Source of the DNA: an uncultured Planctomycetaceae bacterium
GTDB taxonomy: Bacteria; Planctomycetota; Planctomycetia; Planctomycetales; Planctomycetaceae
Assembly (NCBI GenBank): GCA_963976765.1
Contig: CAXBME010000035.1
Span: 1-64,000, forward strand
DNA: 64,000 nt
Reading direction: 5' to 3'
Shown here: piece after piece, positions 39,995 through 50,497 of the stretch
Layout of the letters: each line of letters begins with the position of its first letter
How positions within the stretch are numbered: position 1 is the stretch's first letter
The notes under the pieces: model-generated
Seen by the model: the letters and a program-made list of their open reading frames with translations, nothing else
Database searches by the model: none
Told to the model about the DNA's origin: nothing
Position numbers and translations under genes: made by a program

Positions 39995-42900
39995 ATGACT
40001 AACCCCATCATTCGGGATCACAATCTCAGTCGCGAAATCAGGGCACTCCTGACTGTGTTCGGTTTTGCGTTCGCAGTGGTTATCTCGAAAGCGAATCTGT
40101 TCGCTGCCGACACTGCTTCGTCACAGCCGATCCTGCATCTGACAAACGACGGATTCCTGCCCGGGAAACTGCTCGATTCAAACGAGGCCGACGTTATTCG
40201 CTGGCAAAGTCGATTGTTCACAAAGCCGTTCAACTTCCCGCTCAACGGAATCTCTACCGCGCAGTTCCCAGTCGTGCTGCCTCGTCCAACCCCCGCTGGC
40301 GAGTACTGCTTTGAGCTGACGAGTGGTGACGTGCTCTATGGAGACATCCTCGAGTTCTCTGAAGCTTCGCTGCTCATTAAGGCAGCGGATGCTGGTTCGG
40401 TCCACGTGAAGCGAACCAGCGTCCAACGAATCTACCGCTGGAAAGAAACGTCATTGATCTACCTCGGTCCAACCGGTCTGGATGGCTGGGACTTTGCGAT
40501 GCCGGGTATCCCAACCGGAGAAATCTGGACAAGCGAAGGCGGCTGGCCGCGGACCACTACAGAGAAAGCGTCCTTGTTTCGAGACTTCGGACTTCCAGCC
40601 CGGTCGGCAATTGAGTTCGAACTTTCCTGGAATGACGTGCCCGATTTCGAACTGGTGCTCGGACCTCGCAATCTGCGAGGCATCGTCGACGCGGCCGAAA
40701 TGATTCCCGGAAAGACTCTCATCGACGACGAGTTCCGGTTCGAAGTCTGGGATAGAGAACTGGTCGTGGTCGGCGAATCTGAACGCGACGCGGATGTGGC
40801 CACGGTCACGCCAATCGCCGGCGGCCCCGGCGCTGTCCGCGTGCAGCTCTACCTGGATCAGGAAAAGCAGCGACTCAGCATCTACTCGCGAAGTGGCCAA
40901 CAGATAGCCAGTGTGAAGCTCCATTCGAAGAAACCCGAAGTCCGCACCGGACTGCGGCTCACCAATCGAAAAGGGCACATTCGCCTGAAGCATCTGCGGA
41001 TCGCTCATTGGGACGGCATCCTGCCGCAGGACGTTCAGACCGACAAATCGAGAATCCACCAGACAGATGGATCGATTACTTACGGCCAGGTCACCGCCTA
41101 CAACCCAGCTGGCAAAACCTTCACAGTCAAGCGGGACGAAACAATCGTCGAGGTAGCTGCGGCTTTGGTGTCCGACGTGTTTCTTTCTCCCGCTCCTTCG
41201 ACCGAACGACTGAATTCAAAATCGGACACGGGAAAGACAACCACCGAGGATTCCAGAACGACGGAAGACGCGACAGGTTCGGAACAACCACTCGGCATCA
41301 CTCGAATCAACTGCCAGGACGGGTCGCAGTTCAGTGGCTCGCTGGCTGGAATCCGGAACGGAAAAATTCACCTCGACAGCGAACTCATCAATGAGCGATT
41401 GCAGATTTCTCTGACCGACGTTCGGTCAATTTCCCGGCAGAATTCTGTCGGCAAGCCTTCTGACAGACCAGTCGCCAGCGGACGTACTGGTCGACTGGAG
41501 TTCGACGGTGTCAAACTTCCCGGCCGGTTGCAGAATGGAGCCGAGACGTCTGACGCGAGCTGCCTGGTCTGGCACCCGGACTTCAGCACCGGTTCCAGTC
41601 CGCTTGCAAAGAATCTCTCTGGAAGAATCATTTATCACGAGCCTCCAAAGCCAGATGTGACCGTAAAAGTCCAGGGACGAGATCAACCGCTCGCGATTCA
41701 GCAGATCAACCAGAAACCTGCCGTCCAGGGGTTCGGTGATGTCTTCAGGCAGATGCTGACGGGAAAAATTGCTCCGGCTAAGAAGCCAAAGATCCGGGCA
41801 CCGCAGACTCTGCACCTTAGAAGCGGTGACACGATCCCCTGTGAAGTCGTTTCCGTCGACGAAGAAGGACTTCATTTCACGACGCCGCTATCCGATGCAA
41901 CTTTCGTCACAAACGATCGAATCAAGAGCGTCGAACTGGACGGCACGATCGGCTCGCCAACGCTGGAAGAAGCCAAACGAAACAGACTGCTGACACTGCC
42001 ACGTCTTCAGAAAGGTTCGCCGCCGACTCATCTGATTTATTCAGAGAATGGCGACTTTTTACGAGGCCGACTGATCAGCATGAACCAGGATATGCTGACG
42101 GTCGAAGTTCGACTGACGAATCGTGAAATTCCCAGAGCTCGAGTTTCGCAGATCATCTGGCTGCACGCTGACGAACTGGAAAAAGCGGGCGCAGCCGGTC
42201 AATCCACCGAGCTTACGCCCATTGATGAGCAGCCAGTACCGGAAGAGTTTGTCACAGCCGACGATGCCGGCAACGAAAAGGAAAACGAACAACCGTTCGG
42301 AACCAGAATCCAGACGCTTGTCCGACACAAAGATCGATTGACGTTCTTTGCCACCCGAGTTGAGAACTCGCAACTCTCAGGCAGCAGCGACATCCTCGGT
42401 GAATGTCATTCAGAACTGACGAACGTGGATCAGCTTTTGTTTGGAGACTACATCGAACAAGCGGCCGCTAAACTTGCTTACCATCAGTGGAAACTTCATT
42501 ACGCGACGGAACCAAAGTTTGTCCTGGCGGGCGAAGACAATAGCAGCGGAGACCCAATCACCGGCACCGAATCACCGCTCGTCGGACAGCCGGCTCCGGA
42601 CATCAAACTAACCGATCTCAACGGCGGCGAATTTCGACTGGCCGAGCACCAAGGCGAAGTCATCGTGCTGGACTTCTGGGCAACCTGGTGTGGTCCGTGC
42701 CTGAAAACGATGCCGCTGGTCGATGAGATTGTGCGTGAGTTTCCCGATCAGAGCGTCACGCTTTTTGCGGTCAACATGGAAGAACAGCCTGCCGAGATTA
42801 AGTCGACACTCGAACGCCACCAGTTGAACGTGCCGGTGATTCTGGACACTGACGGAGTCGCCGCCGCGCGATACTCCGTCACCTCGATCCCGCAGACGGT

Positions 42901-43051
42901 TGTCATCGACCGTGCAGGAAACATCGCGAGGCTCTTCATTGGGGGCGGCCCGAAGCTCGCTGAACCACTGCGACAGGCATTGCAGGAGCTTACGAATCCG
43001 CAACCGAAGTCCGACGAGACCAAAGCTGCTGAAGACAGCAACGTGAAGTGA
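39995..43051 (+). CDS. Large secreted protein with C-terminal TlpA-family thioredoxin domain
   Basis: LDFWATWCGPC, IPQTVVID; about 850 aa beta-rich N-terminal region; alternative ATG at 39974. Confidence 0.88.
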   Translation: MTNPIIRDHNLSREIRALLTVFGFAFAVVISKANLFAADTASSQPILHLTNDGFLPGKLLDSNEADVIRWQSRLFTKPFNFPLNGISTAQFPVVLPRPTPAGEYCFELTSGDVLYGDILEFSEASLLIKAADAGSVHVKRTSVQRIYRWKETSLIYLGPTGLDGWDFAMPGIPTGEIWTSEGGWPRTTTEKASLFRDFGLPARSAIEFELSWNDVPDFELVLGPRNLRGIVDAAEMIPGKTLIDDEFRFEVWDRELVVVGESERDADVATVTPIAGGPGAVRVQLYLDQEKQRLSIYSRSGQQIASVKLHSKKPEVRTGLRLTNRKGHIRLKHLRIAHWDGILPQDVQTDKSRIHQTDGSITYGQVTAYNPAGKTFTVKRDETIVEVAAALVSDVFLSPAPSTERLNSKSDTGKTTTEDSRTTEDATGSEQPLGITRINCQDGSQFSGSLAGIRNGKIHLDSELINERLQISLTDVRSISRQNSVGKPSDRPVASGRTGRLEFDGVKLPGRLQNGAETSDASCLVWHPDFSTGSSPLAKNLSGRIIYHEPPKPDVTVKVQGRDQPLAIQQINQKPAVQGFGDVFRQMLTGKIAPAKKPKIRAPQTLHLRSGDTIPCEVVSVDEEGLHFTTPLSDATFVTNDRIKSVELDGTIGSPTLEEAKRNRLLTLPRLQKGSPPTHLIYSENGDFLRGRLISMNQDMLTVEVRLTNREIPRARVSQIIWLHADELEKAGAAGQSTELTPIDEQPVPEEFVTADDAGNEKENEQPFGTRIQTLVRHKDRLTFFATRVENSQLSGSSDILGECHSELTNVDQLLFGDYIEQAAAKLAYHQWKLHYATEPKFVLAGEDNSSGDPITGTESPLVGQPAPDIKLTDLNGGEFRLAEHQGEVIVLDFWATWCGPCLKTMPLVDEIVREFPDQSVTLFAVNMEEQPAEIKSTLERHQLNVPVILDTDGVAAARYSVTSIPQTVVIDRAGNIARLFIGGGPKLAEPLRQALQELTNPQPKSDETKAAEDSNVK

Positions 43052-43052
43052 T

Positions 43053-43502
43053 TCAGCGGGGCTTCCTGTTTGTCAGCAGGTGGAGTTCCGCCGGGTCAAC
43101 AACCCATCCTCGACAATCAGGACTTTCGCAGCCGCATGGAATAGCACTGTCCGATGGCCATTCGTAATCGATCGTTACTTCGGCTCCCGCCTGGATATTG
43201 GACAGAGCTTCGATAACGACTTTACGTTCTGAGACCGGATCGCCATCTTCGAATACCAGGTACAGTTTGGCGTTCGGCGTGCAGCAATGATTGACGTACC
43301 GAAACGGCTCCCCCGGCTCCAGCGACCAGTCTTCCCCCAGATCAATGCAATAATCCGATCCGTAATTCGGATCGTGAAACCGCTCTCCGGTCACTTCCCC
43401 AAGAACCTGTCCTTTGCGAAACCGCTTCGTCGCAAATAATCCCGTACCGTGCTTCGCTGGCCCCGCCTTGAGTCCCAGCTTTTTTGACTTTCTAACCAAC
43501 AC
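43053..43502 (-). CDS. SET domain protein (lysine methyltransferase-like) with post-SET cysteines
   Basis: HGTGLFA, RYVNHCCTPN, EVTIDY, CGCESPDCRG. Confidence 0.9.
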   Translation of the reverse strand: MLVRKSKKLGLKAGPAKHGTGLFATKRFRKGQVLGEVTGERFHDPNYGSDYCIDLGEDWSLEPGEPFRYVNHCCTPNAKLYLVFEDGDPVSERKVVIEALSNIQAGAEVTIDYEWPSDSAIPCGCESPDCRGWVVDPAELHLLTNRKPR

Positions 43503-43555
43503 AAAAATTCCCTGCTCTAGATTCCTGAGGTATCCGATCCCGCCTGCCCGTAACG

Positions 43556-44530
43556 TCAGTTATTAGCCTTCATCTTTTCGGCTTTCTGTGCTTCCAGCCG
43601 AGCGATCCAGCGTTCCGGCTCATCCTCAAAGGCCGCCTTGCAGCCTGAACAGCAGACGTAATATGTCTTGCCCTTATAGGTGACGGTCGACGTTCCAAGT
43701 CCGCCGGAAATGACGCAGGTCTTGTCACCATAGTCATCATCAGCCTTAGCGAACGAAACTCCGTCGCGCTGCGAACCGATCACGTCGAACTGCCGGAATA
43801 CCGCCTTGCCGCGCGCCCGATTCACGTCGACGAGATATCGATTGTTGTGCTGCTGCTTGAAGACGTACTGAAAACGCGGTCCGGCTCCAGGCCCCTCATC
43901 TTCGGTGAGTTCGAGCTGAAAGGTTCGCTCGACGGTCTTGCCGTCTTCGCTGGGCACGTCCTTAGGTGGGTCGACATATTTTCCGGTAAACGAGCGTTTG
44001 ACGCCTTCGCCATTGATGGTCGTCATCAGAAACTTTTCGATGCGAGGGTCGTAGGTCAGCCTCGCACTGCTGAAGAACTCGCCGTCCGGAATACTCAACA
44101 CCAGAGCCGGAAACACTGGATCGCTTTTCAAATCCCAGACCCAGTCGTGAACTTCGCTCTTTGCGGCATTCTTTACGAGCCCCTGCCACTTGCCGAGCAT
44201 AATCTGAACCGGCTTCAAAGCAGCGACGACTTCTTCAAACTTTGGTGGTTCGGTCGATGAGCCAGCGGTACCGCCGGAATCATTCGAGCCAGCTGTCGCC
44301 GTCGGTGTCGACCCTCCGAGCTGAATCGGCTTGTAGGTCGGCGCCGCAGTCGTATCGTCACCCGATTCGCCATCGTCTGTTTCGGACAATTTCCCGCCGG
44401 ACTCGGCTCTGATCGACGTGTCGTCGGACGCGGTTGAACCGGCGGTTTCCGTATCAGCGTTTCCGCCGCATCCGGCAAACAGACAACCTGTCACCACTAT
44501 GGCTACTAAGTAACTGACGGAAACTCGCAT
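43556..44530 (-). CDS. Lipoprotein with C-terminal YHS/TRASH-like domain
   Basis: FAGC lipobox; CVISGG…YKGKTYYVCCSGCKAAFEDEPE; start ATG 44530. Confidence 0.82.
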   Translation of the reverse strand: MRVSVSYLVAIVVTGCLFAGCGGNADTETAGSTASDDTSIRAESGGKLSETDDGESGDDTTAAPTYKPIQLGGSTPTATAGSNDSGGTAGSSTEPPKFEEVVAALKPVQIMLGKWQGLVKNAAKSEVHDWVWDLKSDPVFPALVLSIPDGEFFSSARLTYDPRIEKFLMTTINGEGVKRSFTGKYVDPPKDVPSEDGKTVERTFQLELTEDEGPGAGPRFQYVFKQQHNNRYLVDVNRARGKAVFRQFDVIGSQRDGVSFAKADDDYGDKTCVISGGLGTSTVTYKGKTYYVCCSGCKAAFEDEPERWIARLEAQKAEKMKANN

Positions 44531-44935
44531 GACTGACGGTCCTGTCTGAGAAAACCTGTTCCAATTCTGCGAACCCAAATACCGGTCGCACCGTGACCGG
44601 CCATTATTGGCAAACGTTGCCGCCCTCACAACCGGTGCCAGTAACAGCACGCTCGTTGGGTCGCAGCCGGCTGCCATACCTCACCTGGTAATTCTCCTGA
44701 GCGGGCAACACCGGTATCCGATCCCGCATTTCGTCAGTCGGAGATTGACTCGCTAAGCACATAGTGAATCGAAAACCGTACAACTGAGGACTCTACGCAG
44801 TGTGGGTCGACTTTTCCGGTTCCGTAAACTTTCCGGATTACGTTGAACTTTCGGACAACAAACGGTCGATAAATAGAAGAACGGCTTAGCGCGCTCCTGC
44901 GCTGCCGATCAACCGCCAATCGTCGGACAGGTCAG

Positions 44936-45700
44936 ATGATCCACGGAATTTACCTTTCATCTCACGGAGCGAACGCTCAGTCACTCCGCCAGGACGTGAT
45001 TGCGAACAACCTGGCTAACGCCTCGACGACGGGATTCAAGCGCGACGTCGCGACGTTTCAGGTCTTTAAGCCGGAAGACTTCCGAAAAAACATCCCCGTT
45101 CGGATGGATGGTGATCGGCAAAGAGAAGTCGGGGCACTCGGGATCGACCGAATTTCGACGGACCACACAACCGGGGCTCTGCAGAAGACAGGTCAGGACT
45201 ACGACATAGGGCTTTCCGGCAAAGGATTTCTTCGAGTCTCGGACGGACGGAACGAATACCTGACGCGAAACGGACAACTGCATCGCAGCATCGACGGCGA
45301 ACTCGTCACACAAGACACCGGACTCAAAGTTCTCGATACCACCGGCAAGCCAATCGAAATTCCGGTCATCGCGACGGGCATCGACATTGCTACTGACGGC
45401 AAAGTCTCAGCTGTCCTGTCTGACAACCAGCGAGTCCCGCTGGGCCAGATGGATCTGGTATCGGCTCCGGTCGATCAGTTGCGGAAAGTCGGCGACAGCC
45501 TGTTCGACACACAGGCTGAACTTGAGCCAGCTGGACGAAACGTGCAGGTCAAGCAGGGATTTATCGAAGCATCCGGCGTCAACCCGATTCAGGAAATGAC
45601 AGCCATGATCGAAACATCAAGAGCCTTCGAAGCCAACATCAACATGATCCGCATTCAGGACGAATCACTGGGAAGACTGCTTCAAACCGTTGGCGGCTAA
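44936..45700 (+). CDS. flgF: Flagellar basal-body rod protein FlgF
   Basis: ANNLANASTTGFK, LTRNG, GFIEASGVNPIQEM; precedes flgG. Confidence 0.88.
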   Translation: MIHGIYLSSHGANAQSLRQDVIANNLANASTTGFKRDVATFQVFKPEDFRKNIPVRMDGDRQREVGALGIDRISTDHTTGALQKTGQDYDIGLSGKGFLRVSDGRNEYLTRNGQLHRSIDGELVTQDTGLKVLDTTGKPIEIPVIATGIDIATDGKVSAVLSDNQRVPLGQMDLVSAPVDQLRKVGDSLFDTQAELEPAGRNVQVKQGFIEASGVNPIQEMTAMIETSRAFEANINMIRIQDESLGRLLQTVGG

Positions 45701-45801
45701 GCAGCCTGAATAGTCATCAGACCACTCACAGACAGGCAAGCCAGTAGTGGCCCCCCGCCACCAACCACCCAATCAACTGACGAACGTACAGAGGCAGGAC
45801 C

Positions 45802-46593
45802 ATGAGTCTACGAGCAATTCACTCAGCGGCATCGGGCATGGAAGCTCATCAGTTCAGCCTGGACGTCGTCGCGAACAATCTGGCCAACGCCAGCACGACG
45901 TCTTTCAAGAGGTCTCGAACAAACTTCGAGGATCTCTTCTACCAGAATGTCAAACTTCCAGGCACGGACTCTGCCGCCGGACAGACGGGAGTCGGCACTT
46001 CGGTTGGCCTTGGAACCCGAGTAGCCAGCACATCACTCGACTTCAGCCAGGGATCGCTTCGCGACTCCAACGGCGACTTCGACATGGCAATCGTCGGGCA
46101 GGGTTTCTTTCAGGTCGACGACAACGGCTCGCCCGCCTACGTCCGATCCGGCAATTTCACGAGAAACGCGAACGGGCAGCTGGTCATCGGCTCGGCGGAC
46201 AGTGGACGAATCCTGCAACCAGCGATCACCATCCCAAACGACGCAACTGATGTGTCGATTTCTGCGGACGGTCGAGTCAGTGTGCTGACCGCTGGCGTCG
46301 TGCAGGAAGTTGGCCAGGTCCAACTCTACCGCTTCGCGAACAACCAGGGGCTGCTGCAAAAAGGCGAAAATCTTTACATCGAAACACCGGCGTCCGGCGC
46401 TGCAGTCTCGTCAGTCCCCGGTCAGGACGGACTGGGAGCAATTCGGCATCGAGTTCTCGAAGCATCCAACGTTGAACCCGTTCGAGAACTGGTCGACCTG
46501 ATCAAGACGCAACGAAATTTCGAACTCAACAGCCAGACGATCAAAGCTGCCGACCAGATGCTGCAGCTGATTTCCAACCTGCGGCAGTTCTAA
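45802..46593 (+). CDS. flgG: Flagellar distal rod protein FlgG
   Basis: ANNLANASTTSFKRSR-FEDLFYQ, LEASNVE, QRNFELNS…ADQML. Confidence 0.95.
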   Translation: MSLRAIHSAASGMEAHQFSLDVVANNLANASTTSFKRSRTNFEDLFYQNVKLPGTDSAAGQTGVGTSVGLGTRVASTSLDFSQGSLRDSNGDFDMAIVGQGFFQVDDNGSPAYVRSGNFTRNANGQLVIGSADSGRILQPAITIPNDATDVSISADGRVSVLTAGVVQEVGQVQLYRFANNQGLLQKGENLYIETPASGAAVSSVPGQDGLGAIRHRVLEASNVEPVRELVDLIKTQRNFELNSQTIKAADQMLQLISNLRQF

Positions 46594-46630
46594 TCGCCGA
46601 TTCAGATCAGCGGTCTCACGGAGGAGACGC

Positions 46631-47848
46631 ATGGCTCTCAAACAAACGATCCTGGCGTGCATTCTGGCAGGCGGACTTTCCGCAATTGCCTCGACCGCTC
46701 ACGCCACCATCGTTCGTCTGCACAGTTCTGCGACCGTAGACACAGCATTGATCCATCTCGGAGACGTCGCAGACGTGTTCGCCGACGACGACCAGGCCGC
46801 CGCAGAATTGAGCAGAATTACGCTCGACACGTCGCCGATTCCAGGCAATTCAACGCGTCTGAAACTGGACGAGATTCGCTCCCGACTGCTGAAATTTCAC
46901 GTCGAAGTCGGAGCTCTCGAATTCCAGGGAAGCAGCATCGTCCTGGTCACTCGTCGTGGCCAGCTTCCAGCATCGGCAAGTCCGTGGTCCCCCACAAAAC
47001 TGGCGAGAGCGACCCCCCGAACCCCTGCGCCGTTGCCTTTTCGCAAGACGGAACTGGCCAGTTACTCAACCAGGTCGCCCAGAAAAGTTTTCGATCCGCG
47101 AGACATTCCGACAGCGGATATTCGACTGGCAGAAACCGTGATTCATGATCTGGTGAAAAATTACCTTTCCGAATGGGCTCCGGACTGGGGCACGCCAATT
47201 ATCCACCCGCTTCTGGCGACACCAGACGTACCGACGATCCTGTCAGCTCGCGCAGGCAATCTGAAAATCGTTTCCGGCAAACCTCTGACCGATGACCTTT
47301 TTGCGCTGACCGTGGCCGTCCCGACGGGTGAGTTCACGACGTCGGCCATCACTTCAGAAAACGATGATGCAGCATCGACGGTGAAGTCCGTCCTGGTTCG
47401 AGTCCGCGTCACCCGTCGACCAAAGGTGCTCGCCGCTCGAAGAATCATCGCTCAAGGGCAGGTGATCCAGGAAACAGACCTGGAGTGGCGGGAAGTTGAT
47501 GACATTCGCAACGGCGCATCAGATCCTGAAACGATCGTCGGTATGGAAGCGCGCAACAACATCCGACAGGGTGACCTGGTGAAGTCAAGTTCGGTCAAGC
47601 CGCCCACGCTGATTCAGCGGGACGAACTGGTGAAGGTGACGGTCCAGAGTGGCACGATCCGACTCACTCGAACCTTGAAAGCACGTCGATCGGGAATTCT
47701 GAACGACATCATCGAGCTGGTGTCACTTGATCGTTCCAGCAAAGAAACGCTGCTGGTTCGAGTGACCGGCAAAGGCACTGCCGAACCTCTGAATACCAAC
47801 TCAAGAGACGACGCTCCCGCAATCCGTCTGACGGTGAATGAAGGCTGA
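46631..47848 (+). CDS. flgA: Flagellar P-ring assembly chaperone FlgA
   Basis: Signal peptide, IHLGDVA, SAF-like C-terminus (IVGMEARNNIRQG…PTLIQRDELVKV); sits between flgG and flgH. Confidence 0.82.
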   Translation: MALKQTILACILAGGLSAIASTAHATIVRLHSSATVDTALIHLGDVADVFADDDQAAAELSRITLDTSPIPGNSTRLKLDEIRSRLLKFHVEVGALEFQGSSIVLVTRRGQLPASASPWSPTKLARATPRTPAPLPFRKTELASYSTRSPRKVFDPRDIPTADIRLAETVIHDLVKNYLSEWAPDWGTPIIHPLLATPDVPTILSARAGNLKIVSGKPLTDDLFALTVAVPTGEFTTSAITSENDDAASTVKSVLVRVRVTRRPKVLAARRIIAQGQVIQETDLEWREVDDIRNGASDPETIVGMEARNNIRQGDLVKSSSVKPPTLIQRDELVKVTVQSGTIRLTRTLKARRSGILNDIIELVSLDRSSKETLLVRVTGKGTAEPLNTNSRDDAPAIRLTVNEG

Positions 47849-47940
47849 TCCGACGAACGTTGACGCATCTCTCCGATTCGGGAGTCGACAGCGTCGACAA
47901 AATCCCAATTGCTTACAACACGAGCACATGAGTAAATTTC

Positions 47941-48894
47941 ATGCAATATTTCCGGAGCCATCTGCTGGCGGCATTCGTTGTCGCATCCCTGCTGACGGGC
48001 TCGCCAATCATTGGTGAGTACCGTGGTCGTTCGGTGCAGGCCCAAAATCGACTGCCAGCAACACAGCGAAATCAGGCAGCTGTCCCGATCATCAAACTTC
48101 GCGATCGGGCCGACATCCAGGCCGCCTCATCGCCCGGTCAATCGACTCAATTGCCGATCGCACGCCAGACATCCTCCGGCTCATGGCCGGGACCACCGGC
48201 TGCGGAACAGACTTCGTCAAGATCGGCAGTCTTCACCTCGAAAAACGGATTCGCACCCAATGCGAGCCCGATTCAGCAGGCGTCGGCGCAATCTCCATAC
48301 GCTTTTCCACCGACGGGCCCCGTGCTGCACGGCTCGCATCGCAAACGAATTCGCGACTATTCGTGGATCTACATCGAACCGCCCGTTCCGCCGGAAATCA
48401 AACTGCACGACATCGTCACGATTATCGTCGACGAAAAGTCGGAGGTCATTATGAACTCGAAGTTTAACCGGCAACGAACATCCAGACTGCTGGCCGAGCT
48501 GAAAGAATTCGTCCGCATCGGCGACACAGGAAATCTGGCGCCAGCCGCTCTGAACGGTCCTACCATTGATGCACAGCTTCGGGGACAGCTCAACTCAACC
48601 GGTCAACTGACAGACCAGGAAGGGATCAAGTATCGCATCGCCGCGACGGTGGTTGACGTCCAGCCAAACGGCATTCTGCAGCTGGAGGCCAAAAAGAAAA
48701 TACAGACTCAGGACGACATCTCAGAGTACACACTGACCGGCGAACTTCGTGCCAGTGACGTCGGACCGGACAACACAGCAAGCAGTGAAAACATCGCCAA
48801 CCTGAACATCGTCAAGAATCAGGACGGTCGCGTTTACGACAGCACAAAACGCAACTGGGGTTACCGCCTGTACGACCTGCTTTCGCCGTTCTAA
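47941..48894 (+). CDS. flgH: Flagellar L-ring protein FlgH
   Basis: DIVTIIVDE, IAATVVDVQPNGIL, DVGPDNTASSENIAN, terminal W…PF. Confidence 0.9.
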   Translation: MQYFRSHLLAAFVVASLLTGSPIIGEYRGRSVQAQNRLPATQRNQAAVPIIKLRDRADIQAASSPGQSTQLPIARQTSSGSWPGPPAAEQTSSRSAVFTSKNGFAPNASPIQQASAQSPYAFPPTGPVLHGSHRKRIRDYSWIYIEPPVPPEIKLHDIVTIIVDEKSEVIMNSKFNRQRTSRLLAELKEFVRIGDTGNLAPAALNGPTIDAQLRGQLNSTGQLTDQEGIKYRIAATVVDVQPNGILQLEAKKKIQTQDDISEYTLTGELRASDVGPDNTASSENIANLNIVKNQDGRVYDSTKRNWGYRLYDLLSPF

Positions 48895-49011
48895 TAACGG
48901 CTGGCCTAACGATTCACATTCGACGATCTGCCACAGGCAGACGGAAGCTCGCCTCGACACGAATTCGCCATTCGGCGACAACGCTGCCCGGTTCAGGAAA
49001 GTTGAAAGATC

Positions 49012-50079
49012 ATGCGACAAACAAATTCCCACACAATCACGACCCGACGCGTTGCCGTGCTGCTTGTTTGTGTGGCATTCCTGGGCGAGGTACGCACAGC
49101 GCAGGCGATCACTCGAATCAGCAATGTCTGCACAATCGACGGTCAAATGCCGCTGACAGTCCGAGGCCTGGGATTCGTCGTCGGCCTTAACGGTACCGGC
49201 GACCCGGACGACACCGGCCCAACGGCAAGAGCATTCGCGGCATTTCTGAAATTGTCGAACAACCCGCTCCTCGACCCGAAAGAGCTTACGAATCTGGGAA
49301 GCGTCGCAGCCGTCGAAATCACAGCGACAATCCCGCGGACGGGCATCAGCCGAGGACAGCAGCTCGACTGCCAGGTCAGTGTGTTGTTTGGTGCTAAAAG
49401 CCTTGAAGGCGGGAGTTTGATTACTTCCCCAGTTGAGCTGGCAGGCGTCGCTGACGATACCGTCGTTGGTCTCGCTTCGGGCCGCCTGATCGTCGACGAC
49501 CTGATCAATCCTACCACTGCTCGAATTCCGTTCGGGCTGGTGATGGAGCAGACGGTCGATATGAATATCCTCCGCCGGCCTGATCAGATTCGCCTGCTGC
49601 TCAATCGGCAATACGCTGGCGTCGAAATGGCACGAGAAGTCGAGCGAGCGATCAACCAGCGTTTCTACCTCGAAGCCAGTAACGTCAACATCGCCCGTGC
49701 CGTTTCAGCGGTCGCTGTCGATGTGACAATTCCCGAACAATACGACAACCACATTGAGTTTCTGGGACTCTTGACTGAAATCACGCTGAAAGAAACAGCC
49801 ACTGCCGCCCGAGTCGTCGTGAACGCCAGCCAGGGAACGATCATCGTGACCGGAGACGTCGAGATCAGCCCGGCCATCATCGCGCACAAAAACCTCAATG
49901 TTGAAATCGCCGATCCCTTCGTCGAACTCCACAAACGGGACGGCGAACAGGTCCCTCAGCAACTGGCGGACCTGGTCAACGGGCTCAACCAGCTCAAAGT
50001 TCCCACCAACGACATCATCGGCATTCTTCGCGAGCTGCACTTCAGTGGCAGACTCCACGCTGAATTCATCGAGCGATAA
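49012..50079 (+). CDS. flgI: Flagellar P-ring protein FlgI
   Basis: GLGFVVGLNGTGD, AKSLEGGSL, ARVVVN…GTII, GRLHAE. Confidence 0.93.
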   Translation: MRQTNSHTITTRRVAVLLVCVAFLGEVRTAQAITRISNVCTIDGQMPLTVRGLGFVVGLNGTGDPDDTGPTARAFAAFLKLSNNPLLDPKELTNLGSVAAVEITATIPRTGISRGQQLDCQVSVLFGAKSLEGGSLITSPVELAGVADDTVVGLASGRLIVDDLINPTTARIPFGLVMEQTVDMNILRRPDQIRLLLNRQYAGVEMAREVERAINQRFYLEASNVNIARAVSAVAVDVTIPEQYDNHIEFLGLLTEITLKETATAARVVVNASQGTIIVTGDVEISPAIIAHKNLNVEIADPFVELHKRDGEQVPQQLADLVNGLNQLKVPTNDIIGILRELHFSGRLHAEFIER

Positions 50080-50104
50080 GTTTCAGGATTTGAAAGCGTC
50101 CGTC

Positions 50105-50497
50105 ATGACCGACCCAATTCAGGCACTCGGCGCGGTTCCCTCCAAAAGTCCAGTTCTGCCGGAAGCCTTCGACCAGTTCGTCGGCGATACATTCTTCCGG
50201 CAGATGCTCAAATCGCTCCGTTCAACGACAGGCAAACCAGCCTATTTTCATGGCGGACAGGCTGAGGAAATATTCCAGAGCCAACTGGACGAGCTACTCA
50301 TTACGGACATGGTGAAGGCAACCAAAGACTCCTTCTCCGGCGACCTCTTCAAACAACAGTTCCCCAATCACACCCATCCTGAAAACAAGCAATCCGACCA
50401 GCAACCACCTAACACCGGCTCAAACCACCACACGCCGCCAGCAACCACCCCTGTCAGTTCCACTTCGTTTGAACGTAACTTTGACAAAAACGCTTGA
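50105..50497 (+). CDS. flgJ: Rod-binding protein (short FlgJ, no muramidase domain)
   Basis: FFRQMLKSLRST…GGQAEEIFQSQLD; follows flgI; ATG 50105. Confidence 0.8.
   Translation: MTDPIQALGAVPSKSPVLPEAFDQFVGDTFFRQMLKSLRSTTGKPAYFHGGQAEEIFQSQLDELLITDMVKATKDSFSGDLFKQQFPNHTHPENKQSDQQPPNTGSNHHTPPATTPVSSTSFERNFDKNA

Noticed and set aside
44840..44912. Sigma-28 promoter upstream of flgF (GTCGATAA, GCCGATCA)
   Set aside because: No -35 element at the proper spacing.
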